A DNA stretch of 61,229 nucleotides, filler included. It is 4 parts of 4 records of this genome, joined end to end, with 100 filler letters (N's around TTAATTAATTAA, not from the genome) between each part and the next. Parts side by side here need not be neighbours in the genome. Positions count along the whole stretch, not along the records: positions 55,352 to 61,229 come from SRR2962707_564; 3 more parts are not named here. One strand, given 5' to 3'. The notes under the pieces were generated by a model. It saw nothing but the letters and a program-made list of their open reading frames with translations, was not told the DNA's origin and ran no database searches. Shown here piece by piece: positions 57,141-61,229 of the stretch; the first letter of the stretch is position 1; every line of letters begins with the position of its first letter. A program made the position numbers and the translations under genes.

Positions 57141-60100
57141 TCACTGTGCATCGGTGCTGTCAACAACGCTGTCATTGCAGTCTGCGCTGGCGCTAGTTCC
57201 AATAGACTGCGAGCTTGCTGACTGGCTGCTTGCGCGTGAAGCACGTGAGCTTTGTCTGGTGTTCGCGGAAGAGGTCGGGGTCAATGAATGAGATGTGCCA
57301 TGTATGCGACTCATGATTGCAGCTGACAGGTGCTGCTCGCGAGCAGTTTGCTGCATGCCCAAAAATTGTGCACGCTCGCTTTGCTGTGCCTCCATGCGTT
57401 TGACATCAACCAATGAGGCCTTGCTGGAAATCCGTTGAAATTGCTCCCTTGAAATCTCTCCACGCTCCAATGCTTCGGCGGCAGTGTCGATGATTTCCGC
57501 TGAAGATGGTGTGTGCGGTTGAACGCCTCGCGAGGTTCGTTGGCTGCGCCCTATCAAGGATCCACCAGGTGACAACGCGGTTCCATCAATTGGTCCATTG
57601 TGCTCGCTGCTTTGGTTACCGATACGCGAAGAGCCACTAGTGGGCAATTGAGCGGTTCCATTTCCACTTCCATTGTTGCCACCGTCGCACAGCCGACAAA
57701 CTCGCTGAAGTTTCCCATGAATTTTGCGCCGCGATTTACTGCAGGCAGAGCAGACAAGAGCCCCGCAGACTCGGCAGTGATGCCTTCGAGCTCCCTTCAT
57801 CAATCCAAGCTCACAATTGCAGATTCCACAAACGTTACTGAAATGGTTAGGTGTGAACACCGGTGAAAGTTGCTCATCGGTGGATTCGAGTACAGCCATG
57901 AGCTTGGCATCATTGTGGCTTTGAAAACGCAGCAAACGGCACAAAAAGAGTTCAGTTGAGCCAACAGCCTCCGGGTGTTGCGACGTGGAACGCAACTCAC
58001 AGCGAAAACATACCTGAAAGTGGCTCGAGTAGTTTGTTGTAACCGTCGCAGTACAGTCCTGATGTCCAAAATCCATTCCATTTTCTCCTTTCGCGACGAT
58101 GCACTGACCCAGAAGGACCGTTCTTTCCCGTAGCTTAGAATACAAAACAAAACGCCAAAACAATCAAACCCTACCACGAGTTGGGAAGCACGACACAGCG
58201 CAGGTCACAGCGGTGCACCATTACCGACGCACATTATAAAACTATGCTGCTCGTTGGAGTCCGACTCAGATTCAATAAGCCTCAAGTTCAATTCTGCCAT
58301 TTTGCGGTACCTATTACATCGAAGTTGCATTCGCCCGTTGGTGCAAAACCTTGGAGCAAGAGAATGCAAGTGTGCCAGCACGACGCAGCCAAAGCACGCA
58401 CTCGGACTCGGATATAATGCCGTCCGCCAACATTCGCCTCGCTCGCTCCAAAGTCTCAAGAATGCGTTTAGATGTGGCGGCAACGACATCTGCCTCTGTC
58501 ATGTGGCGCGACGACCAGGACTTGATTCGCGCCTCTTTGTCCTGGTGTGCGTCGCTGGCTGCCCGTTTCCGTTCATTTCGCTTGCGAAGCTTGGCTTGAC
58601 GATCAAACTCCTGAACTTGCTCTTTTGACAACAATTTCGCATCCTCAATGCCTCGAATCGACACTTGCCGCGGTTTAGTGTACCTAAACGAACAAAACAA
58701 TCGAGAGCTGGTGAGTGAAGCAAGCCATGCCACTAGTTGCATGACAATCCACATCTCATGAACGTACGGCCCACCCTGCGGCCCCTGGGCCCAAACAAGG
58801 AGATCTGAGAAAAGAAAAAAATGACAAGCTTTGAGGTCGCCGAAGCGAGAGAGCTTCTTCAGTGGGCCTTGACGAATGAACCGACGGGTCCGGGTCACCA
58901 GCGGAACCTTATCTGCAATAAACTGCTCTTGGATCTCCAGAACCTGGATTAAAGTAACGTGTCGACAATGGGGTGCGTCGGCAAGCCGCACAAATGTCCA
59001 AGACAGCACAGGTGAAACGATGCTCAAACGCGGTCATTGGCGAAAGCTACGCGTTGCCCGGCAAGCAAAAATAAACAAAGGTTGAGCAACTCAAAATTAC
59101 CTTGGACCTTGCTTCACCTTCACCGATACTTTCGTCGATGAGGTCGGCCGTCACACTCATCAGGTCAAGCGCTTCGACTAGCGGCAAATAGTCCGGGTGC
59201 GTTTTGGGTGTGTATTTGATCAACTCCTTCAACAAAAGCAAATACCTAACAAAGCATAACACATAACACCAAATGCATTGGGGCATTAGGGAAGTTATTC
59301 TGTTCGCTGAAGTAAGTCACATGCATGAAGGTAGACAAATTGCAACGTGCCGAGGCACGCGTTGAACGGGCATAACCAACACGTTGTTAATGAAATGTGC
59401 TGAAGTCTTGGCGTCATTGACTGCATTCTCGATGAATTCCCGAAGGTCCTCATTCGCGGTTTTTTCACGTTCAAGTAAAAATACGGCGCTTGCGTAGCTC
59501 GCAGCGTACCTATGCGCGTGGTGTGGGAAGTGCCCAAGAGTGAAATCCAAAGCGGGCAAAAAACACACGCACAGTATGCAGCGGAACATGAAGTCGCTTT
59601 TGCAGCTTGCAGTGTGCCCGAGAACAGTCGGCTCAACGTACGGGCCATAGCACTTGAAGAATGGTGCAAAGTGCTGCATGTGGGGCCCAAGTGTGGAGCG
59701 CTCCGAATCCCACTCAGCCATGATGTCATCGAGGCCCTGCAAAAATTGTGCATTGACGGCTACGACTTCCCGGAGATTGCTAAAAATTTGCCTGTGCATG
59801 GACGAGCTCAGAACATTGCGCCCACTCTGAGGATCTAACGGTTCACAATAATTTGCGAGCAACGCTTGAAGGTTGGATAAATACCTGCACAAAGTTTCCA
59901 ATGACACCGACAATAATCTACCTGAACGTGGCCCTTACAATACGGTAAGCCATGGTGCGTATGGCGCGAAAGACAACTGTCCACACATCGACTTACAGTT
60001 TCTCCGTGGAGTGAATTTCCTCTGCAACACTGCGGCGTTTGACAGTGCTGCGTGAACTTGCTCCTGGCGATTTTGGGAGCACTAACGTTGGAGCACATTG

Positions 60101-60670
60101 CGCATCTTGAGATTTCAATGAATCCCTCGCCCCGGCACTATCAACACCACTGCTGGGCCTCTCTTGTCCATCCAGCGGTCTCTCTGGGGTTTCCACGGCT
60201 GCAAAAGGTTGATGATCAATCACGGAATCCTGTTTGCCCAGCTCTGCTACACATTTTCCTGAAGAAAGTGCGGGCGATCCATGAGCAGGCGACGGGAGAG
60301 CGGGTGAGAAATCAACGTCACTGTTGTCCGCTGGTGGCGAATCGGCACGCTCTGTCTGGCGCGCTGCAACGCCTTCTGCTGCAAGATCGGCCTCAGAGGC
60401 AACGCTGGCAGGGTTACCCTCTGCAGTGTCCGAACAGCCCACTGCTGAGAGAGCGCTGTCTGCTGCAGTGTCTGCCTTTGATGAAGACATGTCATGATCT
60501 GCATCGTTTCGAATCGATGCGAGCGCGTTTCCGGGCGCAGCTAAGTTGCCACTGTGGTAGATTTCCAGAATTTCTCGGTCGTAGCGTATCTTCTCGTCCG
60601 AGGCGCGAAGCGACTGGGTGCTGCTCGCTTCACCCTCCGCCCCTGCGTCGATTGACGCCTCGTTGCCCAT
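57141..60670 (-). CDS. FGD-like RhoGEF (DH-PH-FYVE), 9 exons, ~884 aa
   Basis: complement(join(57141..57918,58014..58133,58233..58310,58402..58683,58768..58943,59101..59245,59351..59509,59642..59884,59997..60670)); DH motifs EIHSTEKLY and PVQRVPRYLLLL, PH motif FFLFSDLL, FYVE RRHHCRVCG..RVC; start MGNEAS. Confidence 0.87.
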
Positions 60671-61083
60671 GGCCGCGTTCCTTCTTCTTCGTGCCTGTTG
60701 GTGCTTTGCTCCTAGTAGGAACGGTCGAGGCGCCCTCCCTCGACCTGAGTTTTCAAGCTTTACTCATTTTTCCAAATCTCATTCCAGGAGCGCGGGGCCC
60801 CAGCACGTAGGGCGAGCGTGCACCCGACGGCCACACTCAACTTCAGCGCGATCTCTCGCGAAACGTTGAAAAACGACGCGTGATGACCCAAACCGCACGG
60901 TGGCGTATGTACGTTGTGTGAGTGTGAGTGTGAGTGTGTTGCGTGCGTGTGCGTGTGTGGCATCAAAAGCGACGAAAGACGAAGGAAAAACAAAGAGAGA
61001 GACGCAATGACACAAGAACAACCCAAAACGTACGTATCGTGAGCGGAAGTGAACCGGCAGGACAGGGAGTGCGACGAACGTCG

Positions 61084-61229
61084 CACTCACTGGCCCACTC
61101 CTGAGGGAGCTCACTCACTGACTCGATCCCTCACAACGAACGCCCACGAAGTCGCACTCACGAAGAACTCGCTCACTCGCCAAGACTCTCGAGTTGCTTT
61201 TCGAGTGAGTGAGTGAGTGAGTGAGCGAG
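61084..61229. repeat. CACTC/GAGT-rich low-complexity region ending in (GAGT)n
   Basis: Several CACTCAC units and a terminal GAGTGAGTGAGT run. Confidence 0.8.

Overview
This window is not one continuous molecule. It holds four contigs joined by artificial 100-nt spacers (44 N + TTAATTAATTAA + 44 N) at 28381-28480, 33786-33885 and 55252-55351. Contig 1 (1-28380) is bacterial, a gammaproteobacterium (Oceanospirillales/Marinomonas-like by inference). It carries the conserved rpsB-tsf-pyrH-frr-uppS-cdsA-dxr-rseP-bamA-skp-lpxD-fabZ-lpxA-lpxB-rnhB-dnaE-accA-tilS superoperon, a six-gene accessory block (2-hydroxyacid dehydrogenase, AaeXAB-like efflux, P-loop kinase, orphan PDR/VanB reductase), then pyrG and a truncated eno. 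Contigs 2-4 (28481-61229) come from an intron-containing, higher-GC microbial eukaryote of unresolved lineage. I reconstructed six genes there by hand: a TPR-SET/MYND (SMYD-like) protein, a CCDC177-like coiled-coil protein, a ~6395-aa HECT E3 ligase (RCC1, SAM, C2, LamG, UBA, Vps62, SPRY, HECT), a small basic protein, an F-box-like/Arf GTPase fusion whose catalytic Gln is replaced by Lys, and a DH-PH-FYVE RhoGEF with a predicted myristoylation site and a GC-AG intron. Best leads: the F-box-Arf(Q71K) fusion, the nested-domain giant HECT ligase, a pyrC-like CTP-sensing leader on the bacterial pyrG, a strong phase-2/GTAY intron bias, and synonymous duplications of the lpxA and accA gene ends. No rRNA, tRNA, CRISPR array or transposase was seen. 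All domain calls are by motif recognition, not database search.
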